From: Thermoanaerobaculia bacterium
GTDB taxonomy: Bacteria; Acidobacteriota; Thermoanaerobaculia; Multivoradales; UBA5704
Length of the DNA: 64,000 nucleotides
Direction: 5' to 3'
Assembly (NCBI GenBank): GCA_038248205.1
Contig: JBBRUC010000001.1
Coordinates: forward strand, 32,480 to 96,479
The notes under the pieces were generated by a model that worked only from the letters and a program-made list of their open reading frames with translations, ran no database searches and was not told the DNA's origin. Below, piece by piece: positions 29,946 through 38,601 of this stretch (positions within the stretch are counted from its first letter, which is position 1; the number at the start of each line of letters is the position of its first letter). Both the position numbers and the translations under genes were made by a program.

Positions 29946-32900
29946 CTAGTCGCGGTGCGGAGCGCAGAGCAACCCGTTGTTGTAGTCGTCGAGCATGTTG
30001 TGCCACGGCGAGGCCTGAGACCAGGCCGAGCTGCTGCCCCGGACGTTGCTGCCGACCGGATAGGTCTTCAGCCAGTTGTCCGCCGAAGTGATGGTCGCGC
30101 TGATGCAGCTCGACACGTTTCCGACCAGGACGTTCAACTTGGCCGCGATCAACTGCTTGGCCAAATCGATCGACTTGTCGCCCTTGCTCGGCGTGCGGAG
30201 CAGGTTGATCGCCTGAGAGACCGTGTAGGTCTCGTTACCGATCTTGATGCTGGTGACCGGCCAAGCGCTCGCGTGGTTCTTCCAGTAACCGATCGTACCG
30301 GTGCCCGGAGCGGGCGTGGTCGGCGGGCACTGGCCGATGTCGACGTTGATGTCGCCCTGGCCGCTGGTCGGCAGAGCCGAGCCCGACGTCGGCTGGGTCA
30401 CCACCGTCCAGTTCAGCCAGCCCGAACCGCCGTAGTGGAGGTTCTTGCCGTTGGCGCCCGTGCCCACCTGGAACGCCGGACCGACGCGCACCAGATTGAG
30501 CTTGGCACCCGCGGCGCTGCCGGTTCCCGTGAGGGTACCGGTGGCACCCGTGTAGTAGTACCAGGTGGCAGTCTTGATCGGACCGCCGTTCTCGCTGTAG
30601 GCGCTTGCCGCAAGCTCCTTCTTCGGGTTGCCGGCGGGAGCCGTCGTGGTGAAGCCCGAGAAGGTGACGTCCACCGCGAAGCCAAAGTTCGGGTTCGAGG
30701 TGCTTACCAGGGTGCCGGTCAAACGGGCTGTACCGTCGGCCTTCTCGACCAACGAGCCGTTGCCCGGTGAGAAGACGAGATCGGTCGAAATGCCCGGCAG
30801 CCAGATCGCGTGATGGGCGCTCGTTGCGTTGACCGACGAATCGTTGTCGGCCTTGTTGGCGCACTGCACGCAGTCGAAGATGTCGAGGTTGATGTCGCCT
30901 TGGCCGGTCGAGGGATAGCTGCTGCCCGAGGGCTGGGTCGCCGTCCAATGAATCCAGCCGGACGCCCCATAGTGGAGGTTCTTGCCGTTGGCGCCGACGC
31001 CCACTTGGAACGACGGACCGACGTTGGTGATGCTCAAGACGACGCCGGCATTGCCGTCGATGCCCGTCAAGACTCCGCCGAGGTAGCCGTAGTAGCGCCA
31101 GGTGGCCGGATCGATCGGTCCGCCGTTATTGACGTACGCGCTCCCGGCGAGTTCCTTCTTCGGGTTGCCCGGCCCCGGGGTCGTGGTGCGGGCGAAGAAG
31201 TTGATAGCGACCGTGAAGGCGTTGTTCGGATTCGACTGGCTCCGCATCGTACCGGTCAGCGTTGCCGAGCCGTCCGCCTTCTCGAGGAAGGCGCCAGGGT
31301 CGGGGGTGAAGGAGTAGTCGGTGCCGATACCGGGCAGCCACAACGCGTGATTGGCCGCGCTGCCGTTGTACGCCGGATCGTTGTTAGCCTGGTTGGCGCA
31401 GCTCTTCGCGTCGGTCTTGGACTGGTAGCCGAAATCGACGTCGGAGCGGTTCTGGCCCGCAGCCAGTGCCACCGTCGCGCGATGGGCGGTTCCGAGACCA
31501 TCCAGGTCGTAGGTTTGAACGTAACCGGCCGGAAGCGTCGCGCTTTCGACCCGCACCGAGTAGCTACCGGCCGGCAGATTGCCGAACAGGTAGTTGCCGT
31601 TGCCCGAAGTCACCTGGCTGGCGAGGGCGTTGCCACCCGTGTCGAGCAATGTGACGGTGACGCCGTTGATCCCGGCCTCGCCGCCGTCCTGCACCCCGTT
31701 GCCGTTGGCGTCTTCCCACACCCGATCGCCGATCGTCCCTTGCCCCCTGTAGCCAAAGTCGACGTCGGTCCGGTTCTGACCGCCGGTTAAAGCAGCCGTC
31801 GCGATGTGAGCGGTGCCGACTCCATCCAGGTCGTAGCTCGGAACGAGCCCCGCCGGAACGGTCGCCGATTCAACACGGACTTTGTACGTCCCCGCCGGAA
31901 GGTTCGCGAAGGTGTAGTTGCCGTTGCCCGTGGTCACCTGGGTCGCCAGGGCCACGTTGGCAGAGTTGAGGAGAGTAACGGTGACGCCGTTGATCCCGAC
32001 CTCGCCGCCGTCCTGCACACCGTTGGCGTTGAAATCGAGCCAGACCCGGTCACCGAGCGAGGCCGTACCCCGATAGCCGAAGTCCACGTCGGTCCGGTTC
32101 TGAGCCGCCGTCAACGAGGCCGCCGCCGTATGCGGAGTGCCGATCCCGTCGAGGTCGTAGCTCGGGGCCAGACCCGCCGGCAGCGTTGAGGAAACCACCC
32201 GGACCGTATAGTTGCCGGCCGAGAGGTTGGTGAAGTTGTAGGTGCCGTCACCCGACGTCACCTGGGAAGCCACCACGGTGCCGCCGGAATTCAGCAGCTC
32301 GACCGTCACGCCGTTGATCCCGACTTCGCCGCCGTCCTGCACCCCATTGGCGTTGAAATCGAGCCAGACCCGATCGCCGAGCGAGGCCGTGCCCCGGTAG
32401 CCGAAGTCCACGTCCGTCCGGTTCTGTCCCGCCGCCAGAGCGAACGAGGCGCTGTTCGCCGTCCCGAGGCCGTCCAAATCGAACGTCGCTGCCAAGCCTG
32501 CGGGAAGGGTCGCCGGAACCACCTCGACCCGATAGGTACCCGCGACGACGTGGGCGAAGGTGTAGATCCCGTCGCCAGCCGTCACCTGGGTCTCGACGGT
32601 CACGCCGTGCACAGTGTCCACCAAGCGAACCGTCACGCCGTTGATGCCGGTTTCGCCCGCATCCTGGACGCCGTTGCCGTTCGTGTCGTTCCAAACCCGG
32701 TCACCGATCGAGCCGTAGCTGACCGGCGGGCACTCGAACAGGTCGAGGTTGATGTCGCCCTGGCCCGAGCCGACGAGGGTCTCGCCGCCCGACGGCTGGC
32801 TCGTCACCTGCCACTGGTACCAACCCGAGCCACCGAAGTGGAGGTTCTTGTTGTTGGCGCCGACTCCCAGCTGGAAGGCCGGTCCGGTGCTGGAAATCGA

Positions 32901-35900
32901 GATCGAGCCGCCCGCATAGGCGCTCACCCCGACCAGGGTTCCCGAGTAGGACGTGTAGTAGCTCCAGCTCGCCGAATCCGCCACGCCGCCGTTCTCGACG
33001 TAGGCACCAGCGGAAAGCTCCTTCTTCGGGCTGCCCGGAGGAGTGGTCGCGGTGTAGCCCGAGAACAGGATGTCCACCTGGAACCCGTGGGTCGGGCTCG
33101 AAAGGCTGTACATCGTTCCCGTCAGGTGCGCCGTGCCGTCCGCGTTGCGAACGAACGTGCCGTCGACCGGACTGAACTGGAAGTCGGTACCGATCCCCGG
33201 CAGCCAGAACGCGTGGTTGTACGTCGAGCCCAAAACCGCGGGATCGTTGTTGGCGTTGTTTGCGCAGGACGAGCAGTTGCCGAAGTCGACGTTGATGTCA
33301 CCCTGGCCGGACTGCGTGAGCGCCGGACCGCTCGCGGGCTGCGAGGTGACGTTCCACACGAACCAGGCCGACGCCCCGTCGAGCAGGTTTTTGTTGTTGG
33401 CACCCGTGCCGAGCTGGAAGGCGGAGCCGGTGTTGGAAATGCCGATCACCGATCCGGCATACGCATCGATGCCGGTGAGCGTACCGGTGAAGCTCGTGTA
33501 GTACGTAAACGTCGCCGTGTTGACGGGTCCGCCGTTTTCCGAATAGGCGTTTCCGGAGAGCTCTTTCTTCGGGCTGCCCGGAGGAGCCGTCGCGGTCAAG
33601 CCGCTGAGCACCACGTCGACGACGAAGGCCTCGCTCGAATTCGCCGTCCGCCGCACGATGCCCGTCAGGCGAGCGGTTCCGTCCGCCCGCTGTACGAAGC
33701 TGCCGGTCGCCGGAGCGAACTGGAAGTCCAAACCGATGCCGGGCAGGTAGAACGCGTGCCCATCCGGGTTGCTGCCGTAGGCCGGATTGTTGAACGAGCC
33801 CTGCGCGCAGGTCTCGGTGTCGTGCGTGCGATAGCCGAAATCCACGTCGGTGCGATTCTGACCGGCGGCCACGGTGGCCGTTGCCCGGTGCGGTGTCGCG
33901 ACACCGTCGAGGTCATAGGTCGGGCCGAAGCCGGCCGGCAACGTGGTCGAATCGACCACCACCGTGTAGCTTCCGGCCGCCAGGTTGCCGAAGGTGTAGT
34001 TGCCGTCGCCCGAGGTCACCTGCGTCGCGACGACCGTGTTGGTCCCGTCGAGCAGGCGAACGGTGACGCCGTTGATCCCAACCTCGCCGGCATCCTGCAC
34101 ACCGTCGCCGTCGAGATCGCTCCAGACCCGATCGCCCAAGCTGCCGGGCGCCGGAGGCTGCCGGTAGCCGAAATCCACGTCGGTCCGGTTCTGCGACTGC
34201 GCGAGAGCGAAGCTCGCGATGTTCGCCGTACCGGTGCCGTCCAGGTCATAGGTCTGGGCCAAGCCCGCGGGCAGCGTCGCGGTCACCACGCGAACCGAGT
34301 AGTTGCCGGCCGCCAGGTTGTCGAACAAGTAGTTGCCGTTCCCCGAGGTGATTTGGCTGGCCACGACGTTGCCGCCGTTGTCGAGCAGATCAACCGTGAC
34401 GCCGTTGATGCCGTTCTCCCCGCCATCTTGAACGCCGTCGCCATCGGCATCGAGCCAGATCCGGTCGCCGACCGAGGCGTCGTTCGTCGCCGCCTCGGCG
34501 TAACCGAAGTCATACGTTAGCTCGTTGTCGGCCGAAAGCGTTCGGGTGAGCGACTCGCCGCCCGTCGTCGAGGACTTACCTTCCAACGGCTTGCCCGGGC
34601 CGAAGTTGCTTGCCGCGACCCTCACCTCGTAGGTGCCGGGAGCGTCCATGCCGAAGCAGTAGAGACCGTTGATATCGGTTCCCGTGTTGTTCGCCACGCA
34701 CGCCGACCAGTTCGGGCTCGTCGTGTCGCCCGTCTTGGCCGTAGCGATCACCGATCCGTCGCTCGGACGAACCAGCTCCATCAGAACGCCCGGAATGCCC
34801 GCTTCGCCCGGATCCAACACGCCCGGGTTTCCGGTGTCCGACCAGACGAAATCGCCTATCAGGTAGATGGATTCATCCGAACAAGCCGCCACGCGCGGAA
34901 CGTTGTCCGGATCTTCCCCCGGGATCGGATCGCGGGCCGGGCGCGTCGCACAGGTGTCCGCGAACCAGAAATTCAGATTCGCTAGGTCCAGCCCGATGAT
35001 CGTGACTTTCCACATCCCCGAGGGAAGCGTCGCGCCGCCGTAGACCCAATCCGCATCGCCGACGAACGGCGAATTGATGCTCGCGATCAGGAACTGCTCC
35101 CACTCGAAGCTGCCCGAGGGGTTGTCGTTGAAATAGATGTTGCCGTCTGGATCCGTCACTTCGTAGCGGACGCAGCCGATCCGATTCGGATCGCCGGGCT
35201 CGCCACGGCGGAAGGCATCCAAGTTGTTGTCATCAGGGGGAATACCGGGGCCTTGGACCCCTTCGGGGTTGGCGCCGGTGGTCGAGAAGGGGAAGCCGCT
35301 GTAGTCGGCGGCAGTATCGAAGTCGTCCTCGTCCTCGCACGGATCGAGCGCTACGCCGGAAGGCGAGCCGACGGTCGAGGCGGTACCGAAATCGAAGTCG
35401 CCGTCGAACATCCGCAGCTCGGTTTCTCCGCCGGGAAGAGTGAAGAAGAACTCGAACGTGCCGTCATACGTGGTCGGCGCGGTGAGGAACCCGCCCGGGG
35501 GCGGGAAGGTACCGGGATAGAGAATTGGACCGTCATTGAAGAGCTGACGAAACGCGCCAACCAGACCGAACTGCGGAGTCCGGAAGGTCATCGGGTTCGA
35601 GGCCGCGACCTTGATGTTGCTCTCAAGAACCTCGCCCGGGGCGCACGAGCCGTCGAGGCCGATCACCAAGTTATAGAAGTAGTTGCCACTGGGCGCCTGG
35701 GCAACGGCCCCGTTGGTGACCGTCACGGCCCACCAATCGTTGTCCGGCATGGTGCTTGAGCTGGAAGTCCAGAGCGGCCCACTCGTCGGATTGGCTCCGT
35801 TGCCGGTCCAGGTGCCGATCAGATCGGCCGGCGAGGTACTGCCATTGCGCAACGGGTCCGCATACAGAGAGTAAATGAGCTGGCGATTGCCGACGTCCCA

Positions 35901-36182
35901 ATGAGGACGGGCGGCGCCGTCGGGCATCCCGGTTTCGCCGTCGAAGATGTTGACGTCGAACGTAGCATTGGCGGCCGGCGCAGCCATCGCGATTGTGACG
36001 TTCTGCTCGAACGTTGCAATCCCGGCGCAACCGAAGCCAAGGAAACGTCCATCCGTGGCGCTCTGCGACGGAAACGCCGCAAAGGGACCCGGCCCTATCT
36101 GGGCTGATGCTCTACCGAACCCCAACAAGGCTCCTATCGCCACCAAGAGTACAGCTCTCAAAACTTGTCGCTGAGCTTTCAT
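29946..36182 (-). CDS. Giant secreted repeat protein 2 (about 2078 aa): N-terminal domain, 2 SdrD-B, 2 X repeats, 4 SdrD-B, 3 X repeats, C-terminal domain
   Basis: Signal peptide MKAQRQVLRAVLLVAIGALLGFGRASAQ, starting at ATG 36182. The N-terminal 600 aa and the C-terminal 130 aa are over 90% identical to gene 1 (for example QIGPGPFAAFPS(E/Q)SATDGRF(M/L)GFGCAGIATFEQNV). Five copies of the roughly 200-aa X repeat read C..N.NDPA..G....HAFWLPGIGTD..F.P..G.F......GTA.LTG.......P...F.V...F.G.T.T.PPGSPKKEL...AY.ENGG.......YYT...GTL.G.......I....TGPAFQLG.GAN.KNL..G.SGW..W.V.SQP.......GQGDIN.D...C. Confidence 0.8.
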   Translation of the reverse strand: MKAQRQVLRAVLLVAIGALLGFGRASAQIGPGPFAAFPSQSATDGRFLGFGCAGIATFEQNVTIAMAAPAANATFDVNIFDGETGMPDGAARPHWDVGNRQLIYSLYADPLRNGSTSPADLIGTWTGNGANPTSGPLWTSSSSTMPDNDWWAVTVTNGAVAQAPSGNYFYNLVIGLDGSCAPGEVLESNIKVAASNPMTFRTPQFGLVGAFRQLFNDGPILYPGTFPPPGGFLTAPTTYDGTFEFFFTLPGGETELRMFDGDFDFGTASTVGSPSGVALDPCEDEDDFDTAADYSGFPFSTTGANPEGVQGPGIPPDDNNLDAFRRGEPGDPNRIGCVRYEVTDPDGNIYFNDNPSGSFEWEQFLIASINSPFVGDADWVYGGATLPSGMWKVTIIGLDLANLNFWFADTCATRPARDPIPGEDPDNVPRVAACSDESIYLIGDFVWSDTGNPGVLDPGEAGIPGVLMELVRPSDGSVIATAKTGDTTSPNWSACVANNTGTDINGLYCFGMDAPGTYEVRVAASNFGPGKPLEGKSSTTGGESLTRTLSADNELTYDFGYAEAATNDASVGDRIWLDADGDGVQDGGENGINGVTVDLLDNGGNVVASQITSGNGNYLFDNLAAGNYSVRVVTATLPAGLAQTYDLDGTGTANIASFALAQSQNRTDVDFGYRQPPAPGSLGDRVWSDLDGDGVQDAGEVGINGVTVRLLDGTNTVVATQVTSGDGNYTFGNLAAGSYTVVVDSTTLPAGFGPTYDLDGVATPHRATATVAAGQNRTDVDFGYRTHDTETCAQGSFNNPAYGSNPDGHAFYLPGIGLDFQFAPATGSFVQRADGTARLTGIVRRTANSSEAFVVDVVLSGLTATAPPGSPKKELSGNAYSENGGPVNTATFTYYTSFTGTLTGIDAYAGSVIGISNTGSAFQLGTGANNKNLLDGASAWFVWNVTSQPASGPALTQSGQGDINVDFGNCSSCANNANNDPAVLGSTYNHAFWLPGIGTDFQFSPVDGTFVRNADGTAHLTGTMYSLSSPTHGFQVDILFSGYTATTPPGSPKKELSAGAYVENGGVADSASWSYYTSYSGTLVGVSAYAGGSISISSTGPAFQLGVGANNKNLHFGGSGWYQWQVTSQPSGGETLVGSGQGDINLDLFECPPVSYGSIGDRVWNDTNGNGVQDAGETGINGVTVRLVDTVHGVTVETQVTAGDGIYTFAHVVAGTYRVEVVPATLPAGLAATFDLDGLGTANSASFALAAGQNRTDVDFGYRGTASLGDRVWLDFNANGVQDGGEVGINGVTVELLNSGGTVVASQVTSGDGTYNFTNLSAGNYTVRVVSSTLPAGLAPSYDLDGIGTPHTAAASLTAAQNRTDVDFGYRGTASLGDRVWLDFNANGVQDGGEVGINGVTVTLLNSANVALATQVTTGNGNYTFANLPAGTYKVRVESATVPAGLVPSYDLDGVGTAHIATAALTGGQNRTDVDFGYRGQGTIGDRVWEDANGNGVQDGGEAGINGVTVTLLDTGGNALASQVTSGNGNYLFGNLPAGSYSVRVESATLPAGYVQTYDLDGLGTAHRATVALAAGQNRSDVDFGYQSKTDAKSCANQANNDPAYNGSAANHALWLPGIGTDYSFTPDPGAFLEKADGSATLTGTMRSQSNPNNAFTVAINFFARTTTPGPGNPKKELAGSAYVNNGGPIDPATWRYYGYLGGVLTGIDGNAGVVLSITNVGPSFQVGVGANGKNLHYGASGWIHWTATQPSGSSYPSTGQGDINLDIFDCVQCANKADNDSSVNATSAHHAIWLPGISTDLVFSPGNGSLVEKADGTARLTGTLVSTSNPNFGFAVDVTFSGFTTTAPAGNPKKELAASAYSENGGPIKTATWYYYTGATGTLTGTGSAAGAKLNLVRVGPAFQVGTGANGKNLHYGGSGWLNWTVVTQPTSGSALPTSGQGDINVDIGQCPPTTPAPGTGTIGYWKNHASAWPVTSIKIGNETYTVSQAINLLRTPSKGDKSIDLAKQLIAAKLNVLVGNVSSCISATITSADNWLKTYPVGSNVRGSSSAWSQASPWHNMLDDYNNGLLCAPHRD
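31400..32700 (-). repeat. Tandem SdrD-B-like coding repeats (4 units) inside giant gene 2; a further 2 units lie at about 33830..34560; coordinates approximate
   Basis: Same ~309-bp unit as the gene 1 array. Confidence 0.6.
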
Positions 36183-36318
36183 CCGATCACCCTTTCTCCG
36201 ATGGTCCAAAAGACTTCGCGCGCTTTCCGAACTGCCGCCCGACAAGACTCGCAAACCTAAGTAAAACCAAGAGTTTGGCCTGGAACTACCCGCTTGTAGG
36301 GTGATCTTTTTCGGCGAT

Positions 36319-36336
36319 CGTCAGGAAATCGTCAGG
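36319..36336 (-). promoter_or_regulatory. Heptameric direct repeat pair CGTCAGG-N4-CGTCAGG upstream of giant gene 2
   Basis: Exact copy of the gene 1 upstream element, with the same 11-bp spacing, GAG extension and downstream ATTT. Confidence 0.4.
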
Positions 36337-36591
36337 AGGACCATTTTGCCCATCGCGCAAAGGTTCGGACGAGAAGGGAGGTAGCAGGATCTACAGGGCG
36401 AAGCGTGGGTCCTAGGGGACTGCCGGAGGGGGGACTGCGTGGAAGTGTGGAAGTGGAAAACGAAGGCGGGGGCAGGGCGCGGCCGGGCAAGGGGTCCGGT
36501 CTTGGAGCCGGCTTGAACGGTGGGCTCCTGCCCAAGACTTCGAGAGATCCGGCCCACAAGGCGCTCCGGGTCGGCCGCTCCCAGCAAAGAT

Positions 36592-38325
36592 CTACCGCGC
36601 CCTGGAACTCCGCATCCCGGAGAAACCGAAGTCGAAGGTCAAAACGTTGGCCGCGGTGAGGGTGCGGGTCAAAGAGCTGTTCCCGGTCGTCGCCACTTGG
36701 CCGAAGAGCGCCCCTCCCGAGGTGAAGTTACGCGCCGCCACACGAACCTCGTACGTGCCCGGAACATCCTGACCAAAGCAGTACAGACCGTTCGAGTCAA
36801 CGCCCGTGCTGCTCGCCCGGCAGGCTGCCCAGTTCGGACTCGTCGGGTCGCCCGTGACCGCGGTGGCCAGTACCACGCCGTCGCTCGGACGGATCAACTC
36901 CATCACCACACCCGGCATGCCCACCTCGCCCGGATCCAGAACCCCCGGATTCGCCGTGTCCGCCCAGACGAGATTTCCCAAGAGATAAATCGATTCGTCC
37001 CCGCAGGCTGGTACCCGCGGCACGTCGATCGGATCTTCGCTCGGTAGCGGCTCATGAGCCGGACGCGTCGCGCAAGTCTTCGCATACCAGAAGTTCAGAT
37101 TGGCCAAGTCCAAGCCTACGATCGAAACCTTCCAGCTTCCCGCGGGAAGCAGGGCGTCGCCGTAGACATAGTCCGCATCCCCGACGAACGGCGAGTTGAC
37201 GCTCGCGATCAGAAATTGCTCCCACTCGAAGCTGCCCGAAGGGTTGTCGTTGTAATAGACATTGCCGACCGGATCCTGGACTTCGTAGCGTACGCAACCG
37301 ATGCGGTTCGGATCCCCCGGCTCACCGCGCCGGAATGCGTCGAACTTGTTGTCGTCGCTGGGAATGCCTGGCCCCTGGACCCCTTCGGGATTGGCTGCGA
37401 CGACGACGAATGGAAAGTTGCCGTAATCGGCAGGCGTATCGGGGTCGTCCTCGTCCGCACACTCGTCGAGAAACAGGCCCGAAGGCACTCCGCGGGCCGC
37501 ATCGGTGCCGAAATCGAAATCGCCATCGATCAGGCGCAGCTCCGTCTCGGATGCGGAAAGATTAAAATAGAGGTCGAAAGAGCCGTCGTAGGTGGTCGGC
37601 GCGGAAACGAAACTACCGGTAAGCGGCGCCGTCGGCAAGGAGCCCGGATAGAGGATCGGCAGGTCTGCTGCGAGCTGTCGTAGCGCGCCGACCAAACCGA
37701 AGTGAGAGGTGTTGAAGCTGACGGGGTAGGAAGCCGCGATCTTGAAGTTGCTTTCCAATATTTCGCCTACTTCGCAGGCTCCATCCGTATCGATCACCAG
37801 ATTGTAAAAGTAGTTTCCGCTTGGCGTCTGGGCGATGGCAGCGTTGGTGATTGTCACCCCCCACCATGCGTTGTCCGGCATGTTCGCCGCGGTGGAAGTC
37901 CACAGCGGACCGGCGATTGGATTTCTCTTATTGCCGTACCAAACACCGATTAAATCGGCCGGCAAAATACTCCCTTTGCGCGACGGATCGGCGTGCAGCG
38001 CAAATTTCAGCTGGCGGGTGCCAAGATCCCAGTGGGCGGTGTCCATACCGTCGAGCCCACCGGTTTCTCCATCGAATAGATTGAGGGAGAAGGTCGAGGT
38101 GGACGCGGGCACGGCAAGCGCTACCTGAACATTGCGTTCCAAGGTCGCGAGGCCCGCACAGGCAAGGCCTAGGAATCGCCCGTCCGTAGCGCTCTCCGAC
38201 GGGAAAGACGCGAGAGGCTTTGGCCCCAATTGGCCTCGCGCGGAAACGAACCCCAGGAGAGTTCCAAGGATCGAGAAAAGAGCGACCCGCAAAACATTCG
38301 ACAACGAACGAATCACGCTACTCAT
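36592..38325 (-). CDS. Truncated paralog 3 (about 577 aa): N-terminal domain of the giant proteins only, no repeat region or C-terminal domain
   Basis: Signal peptide MSSVIRSLSNVLRVALFSILGTLLGFVSARGQ. Roughly 50% identical to the N-terminal domains of genes 1 and 2 (FDGDFDFGT, NPEGVQGPGIP.DDN, DAFRRGEPGDPNRIGCVRYEV, GSFEWEQFLIAS, WKVSIVGLDLANLNFW, YCFG.D.PGTYEVRVAA.NF). AAGGGGGG Shine-Dalgarno before ATG 38325. Confidence 0.75.
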   Translation of the reverse strand: MSSVIRSLSNVLRVALFSILGTLLGFVSARGQLGPKPLASFPSESATDGRFLGLACAGLATLERNVQVALAVPASTSTFSLNLFDGETGGLDGMDTAHWDLGTRQLKFALHADPSRKGSILPADLIGVWYGNKRNPIAGPLWTSTAANMPDNAWWGVTITNAAIAQTPSGNYFYNLVIDTDGACEVGEILESNFKIAASYPVSFNTSHFGLVGALRQLAADLPILYPGSLPTAPLTGSFVSAPTTYDGSFDLYFNLSASETELRLIDGDFDFGTDAARGVPSGLFLDECADEDDPDTPADYGNFPFVVVAANPEGVQGPGIPSDDNKFDAFRRGEPGDPNRIGCVRYEVQDPVGNVYYNDNPSGSFEWEQFLIASVNSPFVGDADYVYGDALLPAGSWKVSIVGLDLANLNFWYAKTCATRPAHEPLPSEDPIDVPRVPACGDESIYLLGNLVWADTANPGVLDPGEVGMPGVVMELIRPSDGVVLATAVTGDPTSPNWAACRASSTGVDSNGLYCFGQDVPGTYEVRVAARNFTSGGALFGQVATTGNSSLTRTLTAANVLTFDFGFSGMRSSRAR

Positions 38326-38601
38326 GGTTACCCCCCTTAGCGGCCGACACACTCCGCCGCAGGGGCTTACTTTGCGCCAACTGAAAGCTCGTATAGGCCG
38401 GACAAAATAGCGCAGCGCGCGATTGTCCCCCCATCGGCGAATCGGGGTTCTGAGTTAGGATCGCCCTCTCTTGCGATTGCGGCCAACGAACAACCTCTGA
38501 TAAGGCCAGTTCCCCCGTGAGCTACGAGCGATTTATCCGCCGAGCCCTTCGATCGAGCTGGCCTTCCGCGCGATGAGGTTCCCGGCCGGAGGTGTTGTAG
38601 C

